Shown piece by piece: positions 51,501 through 64,000 of a DNA stretch of 64,000 nucleotides. The first letter of the stretch is position 1. Each line of letters opens with the position of its first letter. The translations under genes and the position numbers were made by a program. The notes under the pieces were generated by a model. That model had not been told where the DNA came from. It did not search any database and saw only the letters and a list, made by a program, of their open reading frames with translations. Source of the DNA: Phoronis australis (lineage: Eukaryota; Animalia; Phoronida). The stretch covers positions 501,846 to 565,845 of the forward strand of contig NMRA01000004.1 of assembly GCA_002633005.1 (NCBI GenBank). The letters are read 5' to 3'.

Positions 51501-54500
51501 CACTTCCATGCAGATCCATACATCACCCTGCAAAAGTACAACTTATCACAATGATGTCAAAGTTAGTGTCATGGCCTACTGGTTTCTATGTCAGGTATTC
51601 AACTAAGAGAGCTAACAACATTACCAGTATACCTTTAAGGAGGAATAAAATCTGCAAGCCTGGCACTAATAAAAGCATGATGTAAAATTTTCGGACAAAA
51701 ATAATTTCCCAAATTAACATAGCTTTTACTTTCACAAGCTTGCTTCCACCATCGTTGTGAATGCTCACGATTTCTCAAAACTGCCAGTTTATAGTGGTAC
51801 TTATGCTCTGATACAAAATTCAAAGTGACAATATACCCACATTGTGTCAAAGAAGCTAACTTTTGATGAAGACCATAAGTACCACTATAAAATTGTTCTC
51901 ATCTTGTTCCTTATTCAGATGAGAAGTGATTTTTGTTCTTGCAATGAACTGGCAGTTTGTGATTGCTCGAGATCATGTTCAGCGAATAAAATGACACGCC
52001 GCTACAAGTCAACTTGTAGACCCTAATCTCAAGCCATTTCGAGTATCTAGTTTAATCCTGGAAATCATATACCTCTAATTTGACTAAAAACAATTCACCA
52101 TGGTAATGGGTCTAAATCAAAATGTTTTTGTCGCAGATGGCAGGTTTAGAGCTACTTTAACATGATGAAGCATTTGTCAAATACCTACATTTCTTCACTG
52201 AAAAATATGAAATGAAATTTCACTTGTTTGCCATATGTGAGATTTAACCATAAAGCAGAGATACAATGAACAACAATAACAAGTCAGCAGTTACCATACC
52301 TCTCTAAACAAGGCTCCATAGACATGAACAGTGTACGGGCATGAACCACTGCCAGTGGACACATCCAGGTCCATCTGCAGTCTCTTCTGTTCTTTTGTGT
52401 TCACTGTGGCCGTGATTCGCTGAAGTGAAAAGCAGGATTAAATTTAAGGTCAGGTTACCCCACAGTACTAGGTAGGATAGCAGCAAAATTCTAATTTCAT
52501 GACAGATGAATAGTAAAGAATTATGACACAACTGAGAACTACTTTTGTACGGTAAATTCACCATAATGAAGGTAATTGAAACATAAATTCATTTATTTTC
52601 AGCGTAGATTCAAAACTGAACTGAATTCGAGGTATAATAACGCCAAAGCATACCTAAATAGTAAAAGTCATCTATGTCACGGGACCAATTGCCATTATTT
52701 TTTTCCTAAAAATCTCCTACTGAGTATCACCAACTTTACCTTGACAGCCATGACAGTGTCGCTAGCTCGATGTCGCATCTTGTCCACAATACCGTAGGCA
52801 CCACTTCCCAGCTCGCACATTTTCTCCAGGTCGTTGGCCTCACAGACAAATGTCTTGCCATCAACAGTGATGGTTGCCTTGGAGTCTAGGTCACGAGGTG
52901 GTCTGGAAAACAAAGGAAACAGTTGCTGGCTTATTGATGAATCATGAATATTCACTATATCTATTTCAGCATTGGGCTGTGTTTATTTCAAATCTATGTG
53001 CATGCTCTTTTAGTCAAGTTATCTACAACACAGCAACGTGAATGCTTATGCTATGCTTAGTCAGCAAATCTAGGCACATCTTGGCACCAACAGGGACATC
53101 TGCATAACAGACACTTGATAGCAAGTCTGCACTAAATGTTACATCTGTTTATGATCATATGCAGTGGGGTTTGGATTCAGCTCAAGCAAAGCTGCAAAAT
53201 GTTGCCGGTTTTTGTTCATTTTGTCAGCAGACTTTGTAACAACAAACATAAAACGCTTGCAACTTTTCGACTTAAGTTTGTTTCAAACCTGAGAAAAAAC
53301 TTTCCATTTAGCTTCAAGTTCCACATCAAAACAACAGAGAGCCCAAACTCGCAAACCAGCTCTTACTCATCAGCTCGCAAATCATCCAAAATTAAACCCC
53401 TAACAAAACATAATAGCAAATAACCCCAACTCTGAACCACCAAGACACACAGGGCAAGCACACATTCTAAATTGTATGCTTAGTCTGTACTCTGTAGTAT
53501 CCAAGTCGGGTCTTTGCATGCCTGAAGTTTTTTACACCTTTCTGTATGTATCCCGAAGTTAGCCAAATTTGGAAATTTTCGTAGGGTCCTACATAAAGCA
53601 ACATTTCACCGTTTAGGTGATACCCTTTACTCACATTAAACCTGTCTCATACTATTCCTTAATGTGATAGGGTAACTGTAAAAACTATTGGTGTAAGGCA
53701 ACAAACTGCCAGGCCTGCGAAGGAATGTTTAGAATGGCAAAAAATCTTAGTTCTGTTCCTTCATTCATAAACGCCATCCAAACCATTCAAGATGAGGTCA
53801 TGCACCTTACTATAGCAGTAACCCTGGGTAAATCTACCAGTACATTGTTGGGGTGACAGCTCAAGACACTTAAAACTTGAACTCAAAAATCAGGGGAGGG
53901 CATTATGCTCACCATGGGAACATAAAAACTAAATTGTTAAGAAGTCAGGGTGAGCGATTACCTTAACGGTCTATTGAGTAAATACTCGGGGGAGCTATGA
54001 AGATGTCAGACGAGTCAAATCAGACATCAGCAGACTGAATACAATTTAGAAAGGGACTTGCTCCAGAATGGAATGATCGCGCTCAGTAGTTTTGAGTGAC
54101 TAAGTTCTTCAGGTACGCAGCACATCTTCATATTTTCCAATACAAACATGATGGTTACATAATGAGGTGGCCAGGCACTGCTTAAACAATTAGTTTTTAA
54201 TTGTTTTTGCACACAAGTGCAGAATCAAGTGAGAACAAGCGATTACAGGACACTGAGTATAATAATATCAGAATTCACATGATCCATAAGCATCATAATA
54301 AATCTTCAAGTTGCATACTAGTACTTTTTAGGAAATAAATTTCAGATAAAAAAGACACAAGTATTTATAAGGAAGTCGTATAAATAAAATGAGCATTAAG
54401 TCATGCATAGACATTTAAAAATGAAAGCTTAGAAATTTCTGAAGTAGGCAGTACAGTTGCTGATCAGTGGCATATACCCGAATAAGTATAGTGTGCAATA

Positions 54501-57500
54501 GTCGCAAAGAGGATAAAAGAGTAAATTCCATGAATACCAGAGGGTGTAGTTCCAGGAACCTTGATTTTAGTTCCACCTACGAAACTACAAGACCAATACT
54601 TAAACACTAATCCAGTTTGAAACCAGAAACTTATTTAAGCCTGTGTAATACCGCCTCTCCCACAAAAAATAATTATTGATTCAGACCATTTACCATTATG
54701 AAATCATTCTCAAATTGCTCCCCAGTCAAATTTGAGGTGATTTCAGGACTGAGAAAGAAGTGCCAATCATTACTACTTGGGACGAGGTACCAAAAGAAGC
54801 ATGCAAACACAATAGCTCTACTCATGAGAGCCTTGGGTCTATGACTTGCCAGTGACTACACTGCAAATGTTGAATCAATTTCTACAACATTGTACGCAAA
54901 CCTTTTGGAAGTTGTGTCACTAGTAAAACTCTATGCTCTAGACAAAGATAGCGAAAAATACTACCAATAAACCTCTAAAAATTTGAATAGTCTCCCTATA
55001 GTCAAATGCAAAATATACGGCTGCAACTGTGCAACAGTTCCCCACACCCAGGGGTTCATCAAGGATTTGAAAATAGGGCGTCCAAAATGAGTTTCCCCAA
55101 TTTCTCAGGGCATCCATGACCAAAGATGCGTAACTGTGTTTTCACAACGCTAAATCAAATTAGTGTTTTTGTGTAGAATTTTAGTGTCAATGCATGTATC
55201 TGCAATACAGTTTATGGTATCATACATCATATCTTAACTAACTTTTTATTTTGGACAGACCAATGAGCTTCTAAAGCTGCTGTCAAGACCATAGCAAGTT
55301 ATAAGAAATGTAGTTAATGCTTACTTGCTTAGTTTAACTGGGGTGTCCTAATGCTGACCAGGATGTCCAAACGCTTAACAGGACATCCTAGTTAAGGCAT
55401 CTAAATTTGAGTCAGGGTGTCCATCAAGGCCCCCTGGACACCTTCTACATAACGATGTGACCACACCTAAGGTAAACCTCTTCAACAGCCACTTCATGCA
55501 CACTCAGTCTTTATCATTCGGTTAATATCAGAGTGTCAAAATGCTGGTAGTTTTTCAGTGACAAAAATGCTAGTATTTCAGCCATGCAGACCATCCGTCC
55601 ACAATGGGGTGTTTTCAAAAGCAGTTGGGAAATCACTTTTAAAGGGAATATGACGTCAAAACACTTCACTCTGCCATAAATTGATTAATGCAATGATAAA
55701 CAAAGACCTCTTACCCCTGACACAGTGTCCTTTGAAGGAAGAAAGTGGTTTGGTCAGGCAACAAAACTGCCTGCACAAATGCCAGTAGTTTTGGGTAACT
55801 CAAACTGCAAGCAAAGCGTCAGCAAAAGTGACACTTGCATTCATACTTACCTGAAAACCGCCTCCAACAACCACTCAACTTCCTTATTCTTAACCTCTCG
55901 CATTAGTTTTAACCTCACTTATTTTATACCAGTTGTTCTTCTATCGGTTGAAAATTTTCCAGTTAATAGTGTACCAAGGCACATTGAACAGAGGTCGTTA
56001 TCACAACCTGAGCGTTACTCTAAAAGTTATTTTGACAACTATGGTGACGGTTAAAGTAACGAACATATAGGATACATAGCGATTGCTCTGGGAAATAACC
56101 AAAAGGAGACAATGTGAGACATGATTATCACAAGTAGGGATACTAACGAAACACAATGGACAAGAAAGTATAGTGATTAAGTGCAGATAACTATATTGAA
56201 CACAAGGCCACAAAAAACAATAACAGGGTTTTAATAGTCACACTAACTTAGGACAAAATATGTTAATTTTTCATCTTGAAATTTCGAACTTTACCAACAA
56301 AGTGAAACTCTGCCACAAGGGAATCATTTGAAATAAAGGTAAAAAACTTCGGAATCCTCTCACTTGACAATCTATTTCTCAGCCCAGAGCTGACAGAGAA
56401 AGAAAGTCATCTCCACCTTTTTTTCCAGTCTCTTTGTGGTGTACTCATCAGGGCTCGACATAACGAGCTGCAGGTCGCATTTGCGACCTGAAATTTGGAA
56501 ATGCGAGCTGAGATTTTTGTCAGGTCGTATCAAATCGCAAAATGCAACGAATGCGAGCTGAGTTTTTACACTTCTCAACAGATACCTGGCAAATACAAAG
56601 CAGCTCTTGTTAATCCGACAGTTATTTGGTTGTTGCCAATTCCAAGTTCAAAAGAACACTAACCGAGAACAGCCCTTCCGATGGCTTGTAAGCAAGTCGC
56701 GTGAACATGGGATATACAGAATCGATCTTTGACGCGTTTCATTGGCTAACACTTTCGGCCACTTTAGTAAATTCCCAGATTCGCCGAAGAAAGTTTCGGG
56801 CCACTGCTTTACACGTGATAAAACTTCACAAAATAACGGTGTTTCTATTAATTCTTAAGCGATCAACTTACCAAACTTTGTGGTGGACAAAAATATTTAT
56901 TTTTCACAGAAGATGTCCTTATTACATGTACCAAATATCCACGACAATATCCCTGATATCGCACTGCGGCACCGTTAACGCACACGCAGTCCCGGCAGAC
57001 AATCGTGACTTAGACTGAGATGTGCTTATCGTATTAAGACAGCCAAAGTGAAAATGACAACCTTATTAATCGCCAAACGACAGTCACGTCTTTACTTTCA
57101 GTTGCCAAGAAATTCTCAAACCCTTTACTTGTTTCTGGGGCTACGTGCGCGAAATATGATTTGTCTTTCACACGTTGTTGCCATCGTAAAGTGTAGGCCT
57201 ACTCCAGCGATTCAAGTGCGTGAACTCACGCGTGCACCACTTCAAAGAACAGCGACAGTTCTAAATGAAAGAGTATACCGTCTTGGCTCTGGTTTATTTG
57301 AAATTGAACTCAGATTCCAAGCGGTTATAAAAGACCCGATGTCCCGGGACCGATATAACCCAGAACTGAAGTTTTCCTGTTACGATGTTTCCCGAGGTCG
57401 ATGTTCTGTAAACCCTGTATTCTATGCCCGTAGCCAGCTATTGCAAATTGCAACTAAACTGGCACTAGATNNNNNNGCTAGCGCCCATCATAGCGCACTA

Positions 57501-60500
57501 CAAACGACCGCGTGTGGTTTAAAATTGACACGCAGCTTATATGGTGTGTCACTTTCATTTTACACAACTTGAGTTTTCAAAAACGTCTTTTCACAATATG
57601 TAAAAACCAAATCCCAGCTTTGTTTTATACCTCGGAAAGAAAGTTAACACTAGTGACATGCGTGTCGTTTTGTGACTGACCTATTTTTTCCGTACTTGGA
57701 AGGTATTGAAGAGCAAACTCGCCGTAACCCAAGTTAGTTTGAATCTTTAACGACTTTGAGGACAGCCAGTAGCAGGCCAGATCTTACAAAATCCCGGATA
57801 CTTTTTCAATGGGCATTTTCTCCCTTTTCACATCGCAAATTTAGCTACTCGAATGCACAAGTCAGTTAGAGAGCACTGATTCAACTTTCACGTCGGCAAC
57901 TTTAATGCCTTGCGCTCTAGTCTTTCAATGGCGGTCGTGAAGAACAGTAAGGCCGTACCTGCATGAATGAAGTCAATTTTGAGATCCGAAATTTGTGAGT
58001 ATTTAACACTGCAGGTAAGAGCATAATCTAAACATTTTCTCGATGATCTAAAAAATCTATTTTGGCGTGTAAAAATGGCGGGAAAATTTTGCGACCTGGC
58101 ATTTACTAATGCGAGCTGGATTTTGAAAATGCGACCTGGCGATTTTAATAGCGTCGAGCCCTGCTCATGCTTTGTTTTTTTCTTGATCCGGCAAACTCGT
58201 CACACTGATCAGCAGACGCCAAATTTTCAAAGAATTAGGTCAACTGGTCAAACCCACTTAGCAAAAATTTCATTCAAAAAAGTTGTGGCCTTTTTGAGGT
58301 GCCCCGTTAATAGATTCCGACTTTTCCAATGCTCGTTAAGAGCAGGATAAGAAGAGAGCGCTGTGAAAGAATGTTAGCATTTCAGGGGAAGTAATTTATA
58401 AGCTATGCCATCAGAAATACTCTCAAAATGCACTACAGACAGTTCTACTAAGAATTTTAGCAACTGTTAAAACAAGGATTAGGCTCCAGGTTAAAATAAT
58501 GACAAAGGTAACACTATTTTCAGAAAGTTTAGGACAAGTAAGTTGTTCAAAGAGCGTGTCAAACCAGTATCTAAATTTTGCCACCATTCAATACACATGT
58601 AAACTTGCACTCCAGAGAAAAGATTACTTAGACAGACTGGATGTAACAATGTTCATAAAATGTTTTGCTTTAAATAGGTATAATGGGACTTTCCCTTGCC
58701 ATGCCATTCATTCATGCTTATGTAGAACCTAATCAACAAGTCGGTGTATTTCACTAAATACCTACAAACCATAGATTGTATTTTTTTCTGAAACTGGAAA
58801 GCCTGAACCTGAAGAATTTGATTTTTGACTTTTTACCAATCTGTTGCTAATTGGGTCATGAGATCATGTCTCTTTAGTAAAATGATTAGTAAATGTTGTA
58901 AAAAAGAAAGGTAGATTGATATCAAAACAAGAGTATTGATAACATGTTCAATTTTTATTGCAAATGATCAAGATGAGGCCTCAAAATGCATTGCTTTGTT
59001 TTCCTTTTATACAAATTAAGATTTTTGCACAAAAGTCATAAAAGCTCATTTTTTAAACTCCCTCATGCAAAAGTGGAACATTTTAAAACAGTTCCTGAAA
59101 AACATTGCATTGTAGACAATAGTGCCTGAAATTTTCATATGAATCCGATCAGCCACTTCTGAGATATGATTTCCGAATTTAGCCATACATGGACATTTTT
59201 CTAAGGTCCTACATAACCTTCACCTTTAGTTATTTTCAGTTGTCTCTTAGTGGTATTTGTTACCTTAAGTTTTGTTTGCACATCGTCTGTCGGTCTCCGT
59301 TAGTGCCTTGAATTGTATTATTTTATGGTCAGACAATCTTAAATAAATCAATCAATTTATCACATAAGAAACACCAGTTCAAGGATACCCTGGTCAATCC
59401 TTATAGGGCATTAACAACACAAACAAATAAGATTCTGATTAACATTGGAAACTGAACCAAATCCAAATAAGGAATGCCAAAGGCAGCATCAGGCTCACCT
59501 AGGTCAACCGTACAAGGGCACAAGTACTGGTATCAAGAATGGCAGACAAACAATGAAAGACTGTAAACTGAGAAGGGGCTGGCTATGAAGGAGATTAGCA
59601 TAACAGCCATGGCAAATTAATTTATACCAATAAATTTACGAGGAGTACTATGTTACAATTTAGATGAAGTGTCAACGCTTGAGGACCAATCACATTTCAG
59701 CAAAAGGAACCGGTTATGTCAGTTTTGAACACGAACAACTTCTTTTGAAGCTCACGCAGATAAAGGGGAGCTCGTAATATGAAAACCCATTGATTTTGTT
59801 CGTACTGCAACATTCATAAAACTATATTACAACATCGCGACTTGAATACACAATACACTCCTAGGAAAATCTACAAGGAAACCTATCAGTATTGCAAAAA
59901 CACCTACACACTCTCTCAGCTCATGACCCTGAGGAGTGTCAGGGAGATAATTCATGTCATGACTCTATGACAGAAACTTTTTTGCAACATGAGAACGGCA
60001 TAAAATGAGTATCTATCAAATTTTAAATAAATTCCTTAAAATCGAACCAAATTTAAGTCGGGATATCGTGTGGACAAGGAAATTACATTTTTTTTTTTCG
60101 TACAAAACTGCTTTAAAATGCCTCGGTGTTGTCTATACAGCATAGCTTGATGGAAAGTCCCATTTGCATGTGAGAAGGCTACTGCCGAAGTACTCCTGAA
60201 GAGCAGTAAATTTAGGCCTTACCACTTCCAAGCTACTAGCAAACAACATTTTGTCAGAAGACACTGAAAAAGAAAAATTTGTTGCAATTATGACCTGACA
60301 AGTGAATTACTTACACTGGGCTCGGAGGTGGGTTGTTGGTGGCATCGATCACAAATTTAGGTGGCTTCCTTGACTTTTTTTTCCTCTCTGAAAGCAACAA
60401 CAACAACAGGTTATGATATTGCAAAGACTAAATTCTGAATAAGTTTCTTGAACAAAATTTGAGCAAATATTCTCTGAGCGTTAAATGAAAGTTCTCTGTC

Positions 60501-62537
60501 ACATTGAAGAAGACCTTTTCTCACTAGACTGTTACTAACTTTAGACAAAAACAGAAGCCAAAATGCTCTATTTTCCATTTCCAAAAGACACTCTAACATT
60601 GCTGGGATCGTTCTCAATTTCTAAAAATATTGAATGATGGTAGCTACTGCTAAAAACTGTTAAATGGTAAAGAATGAACTTCATACTATTTATCAGGAAA
60701 AATATGATAGAAAAAAATCCATTTGTCTGCAATGTGTTCAATATTGACGAGATTTTACTGGAAATGAGCAAAAAAAAACATGAAACAAGAAGACGAAAGA
60801 ATGCAAAAGTAGGCACATGTAACATGTCAGGTCAGCTGTATTCATGAATTAAAACTTTTCCTGCAGCAAAACAGGGTAAAATAACATTTGATTTTTATTC
60901 AGACACTTCTAAACGTGATCCTTTCTATGTACCCAATACCTTACTGTTTATGAGATAAGAATATGAATTAACAACAAATTGAGCAATGAAAATGGTTACT
61001 CTGTTTTCCAAGATGTGACATTTAAGACGTAACCGAGTGAGCAGAGCGGTTGCTTGGCTCAAATTGCTCAATGAGACCAGATATTTCAATGGGAATAAAT
61101 ACCAAGTAAGAAACAGACTATACGGGTATTAATGAGCCAAACTATAACAAATGAAAAACAACAAGTGATGTACATCTCCAAGAGAGATTAGATCACTAGT
61201 GATAAAAATGCAAGAGAACTCAGCAAAACACAGTCATGACACAGATTCAAATTGACCTAAATTCCATAATACCTTTACCAAAAACATTCCCATTTTCAAT
61301 AGACGAAAGTATTATTAGTCATGTCAAACAACCATGACAGAATGAAACACAGATGAATATGACAATACTTTGGTAATTATGTGATAAATCAATAACCTTA
61401 TCACTAAAAATAAAGAAGAACATAGTTATAGGATTTGTGTACTTATGGCTAGATTCCAAACCTTGTTTTTCAAGTATGTGGAATCACTAGTCATTATTCA
61501 AAGAACAAATTTAGTATCAAGTGGTACTATAGTTTAAGAAAGCATTGGAAAAAATGCCAAACAAAACCCATGATGTTTCGAAGTCAAGCTTTCGCAATCC
61601 ACTCTCCATGTTCCAAGGTCATGTGACCAACCTCTGAATGAAAGCATGTGAACATGAGTCAGAGAATCATTCATAAAAATAATTATGACCAAGTTCTGTT
61701 ACTACTAGTAGTGCAGTAGTAAAACTCACTGGAAGCTAATAACAATCAGAAAATAATTGAATTTTATAAATCAGAACACCATTACAATGATCCAATATGT
61801 TTTTACATTACTTTGCCCATTTTAAAGAAATTTGTTCATTGAAACAACATTATAGCCTTATCTATCCAATGAGTCAATAATGATTATTTCTTTAAATCGA
61901 AAATTATATTAATTTGAACGAATTTGCATACCTACATGTACAGACAAATTGAGCATCTAGAACCCAATCTGACCCAACATACCTGTTGCTGAGAACCAGA
62001 AATATTTCCATACATAACTTGATTACACAATGATTTGCAGCTTGGTAGCCACAAAACTGGTAAACACTAAACAACCTTGTCAGTGAACGTACCATTGTTT
62101 TCCTATTTCTAATGAAGCAGGGAGTAATGATGAAAATTTGTATGACAAGAAACCCAACGGCCCATGCATTACACAGATGTCAGAGTTAGTAATGATGACA
62201 TGTGCATTGATAACTGTTAATTTTATGGGATGATGAGGAGAATTGTTAAGAGTAGATGAACATAATTTTAGAAAATGCCTATATCTAGTGGCATTTCAGT
62301 TTAACTGGGAGTCATCACTTACGTTAGGCATTGTTGGATTTATAAGGAGATTGGAATTGAAGATATTACAACACAAAGAAAGGTGCAAAGGTCAAAGCTG
62401 AGGAAAAACAAATGAACTAACAAATCTGAAAGTTATTGCTGTTGAAGTGGAACTACTTAAACCAAGGTTCACAAATGAAAATCACAACAACCATGTATAG
62501 AAGACGGAAATAAGTGTCAAAAACACTCACCAGCCAT
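45542..62537 (-). CDS. MAP2K6: Dual-specificity MAP kinase kinase 3/6 (p38 activator, MKK3/6)
   Basis: Exons 62537-62531 (MA), 60387-60315 ([14 protein letters not shown]-site), 52902-52740 (PPRDLDSKA...LGSGAYGIV...MAVK), 52419-52300, 51527-51408 ([18 protein letters not shown]), 50096-49917 (IHRDVKPSN...[25 protein letters not shown]), 48137-48060 (PERINP), 47613-47474, 45686-45542 (TAG). The SVAKT activation loop is diagnostic of MKK3/6; probably a co-ortholog of vertebrate MAP2K3 and MAP2K6. Confidence 0.93.
48481..49218. mobile_element. MITE of the same family as 35278-35697, interrupted by a ~470-bp insert carrying CCACTAGATGG-like motifs
   Basis: gactcaactaagttccctaaatcttttgcatatttg on the left; gggaacttggtcgagtccctatttgggactgtttcatgcaaccgg on the right; insert at about 48650-49120. 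Confidence 0.6.
50641..51000. mobile_element. Degraded foldback element with internal subrepeats
   Basis: aaacatggctca...acttatgaaac versus tttataagtacatgagccacgtt; internal cacaaactcatg repeats and their complements. Confidence 0.4.
56449..58163. mobile_element. 1.7-kb non-autonomous hAT-like DNA transposon with a 5-bp target duplication
   Basis: Termini CAGGGCTCGAC ... GTCGAGCCCTG; subterminal TGCGACCTG/ATGCGAGCTG repeats at both ends; flanked by CTCAT (56444-56448 and 58164-58168); CpG-rich interior; small N gap at 57471-57476. Confidence 0.8.
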
Positions 62538-63211
62538 GGCCGAAAGTTTATTTGACACCCTTTATCAAATCAGGTGTCTGTAGGAAGCGGCCATTCAAAA
62601 ATTCCGGAAATGACCACAACTTTCTTCACATCGCACACTCAAAATCCGTTGCTTTTGTGACCATAGATTATTGAAGCATGCTCTCCGAGAATCAGAGAAC
62701 GTATCCGTTCAGTCGTACTCGAGACTGCTATTTGCATGCGCGTGGAATATCCCCGTTATTTTGCAGAGAAACGAGTATGCAGCCGTCGGATTCAGGGAAA
62801 GCCCGTGACGTCAGAAGGTGAATCATCAGAAAATCCCGATGGTGCGCGAATACTCACGAGATACACACACCCAAAATAATTAAAAGATTTTCTATTTACG
62901 TGATAGGCTTAATCATGTATGAAATGTTGATTCGAAATGTATAGAGTTATTTTATATGATAACTTCTCGAATAATTTGTAAAAATGTTTACTTCCTGGGT
63001 TCACCGCTAGTAGTCAGTGCGTCACATGACCTCAAGCACTGGAAATGATAAACAGTCTGAGATTGAGTGTTGGCGGGTGACAAGTCGACTAAGCTTTCGC
63101 GTCATTTACGGGATTTTAGCGTGTATTTCCAGTGTTTACATTAGTGAAATTCATTTCTGTATTATGTAATCTCCAACTTTTTAAGTTACAAAGCTGGATA
63201 TCTCGAGGAAT
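62538..63211. promoter_or_regulatory. Bidirectional promoter region of MAP2K3/6 and TTYH
   Basis: CpG-rich 674 bp between the start codons. YY1-like GCGGCCATT near 62587, ETS-like CCGGAAAT, palindromic CRE TGACGTCA at 62806-62813, E-box GTCACATGAC at 63021-63030. Confidence 0.65.
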
Positions 63212-63340
63212 ATGTCAACATCACCGAAACAATACTCGGTGCCATGGTGGGCCAATTTTTTCCACTCCTTTCCTCATTTCAATTTTACATTCCGGGAAGT
63301 AAGTTCAAAGTTTCAGCCTGAAGACGGCAGCTATCAAGAG
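63212..63340 (+). CDS. TTYH: Tweety homolog, first coding exon (gene continues beyond window)
   Basis: MSTSPKQYSVPWWANFFHSFPHFNFTFREVSSKFQPEDGSYQE followed by a phase-0 GT donor. Closely resembles the N-terminus of vertebrate TTYH2/3 (Y..PWW...LH..PH......V.STF.P.D..YQE). Too short for the ORF track. Confidence 0.88.
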
Positions 63341-64000
63341 GTTTGTATTTTCTAAAATTGTTCAACTGTTTCTTCAAATATTTTCGGTCCACATTTGTTG
63401 TTTCCAGTTTCATAAATCCATAACAGTTGCAGTGCAGTGCCAATGCTTGGCAGTCGATCTGACGGTGCCCAGTAGGCCTATGACTTGGGACGTTCGATCA
63501 GACCCTGTTGATTTAGTCAGATAGATACCCTTTTTTACTTAACGATATCATTATTGACAGGTATGTGCAGTGGTTTCAATTCAGAACTAACTAGTTAGTC
63601 ACTAATCTTACTGGTCAAATGGGCTCTTGATGTATGGTTCAGTAAATTTCATTTTAGTAGTCATGAAGTAAAACTATTCAGTAATTTACAGGAACATTGA
63701 CCCTCTGTTTCGAGACAGCCTTTGCAATTGTAATGCTTAGTTCAGAACATGCAAAAGTCATAGGCTAACTGTTGTAAAATTTCAAAAGATTTTAAGATTG
63801 GTTACATTGAGTCTTCATATGTGGTTCAGTGTGTTAAGTCTTGTGTCATGTTGCTTTTAATTGATTTGGTGTGTCGAATTATTTTTCACCTTATTGGCTG
63901 AATAATTTAACTTGTTAAAGGGCATTAAAATCCATGCTTTCTGTCAAAAAACAGGTTTTGATTTAGGCCACTTATAAAATTAAATATATAGACGCTGAGG

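Noticed and set aside
57048-57572. 174-aa ORF inside the hAT-like element
   Set aside because: No recognisable transposase motif, GTG start, and it spans Ns.

Overview
AT-rich, intron-containing animal (probably invertebrate bilaterian) genomic DNA from a draft, heterozygous-looking assembly with N gaps. I reconstructed six genes by hand from splice sites and protein similarity, in strictly alternating orientation: CCP110 (-, 3' end runs off the window), RSL1D1 (+, first exon unresolved), ANKRD40 (-), U2AF2 (+), MAP2K3/6 (-) and the first coding exon of a Tweety/TTYH gene (+). They form three head-to-head pairs. Introns hold many MITEs and non-autonomous DNA transposons, LINE remnants and tRNA-like SINE heads. 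Two tandem 'duplications' joined by a single N are probably allelic assembly artefacts. The best lead is U2AF2 intron 7: a candidate poison (NMD) exon with a very strong polypyrimidine tract, a GC donor and an alternative GT donor, plus several competing complementary boxes that could act as an RNA-structure splicing switch. No prokaryote-type systems (CRISPR, operons) are present. Protein identities rest on recalled homolog sequences, not database searches.
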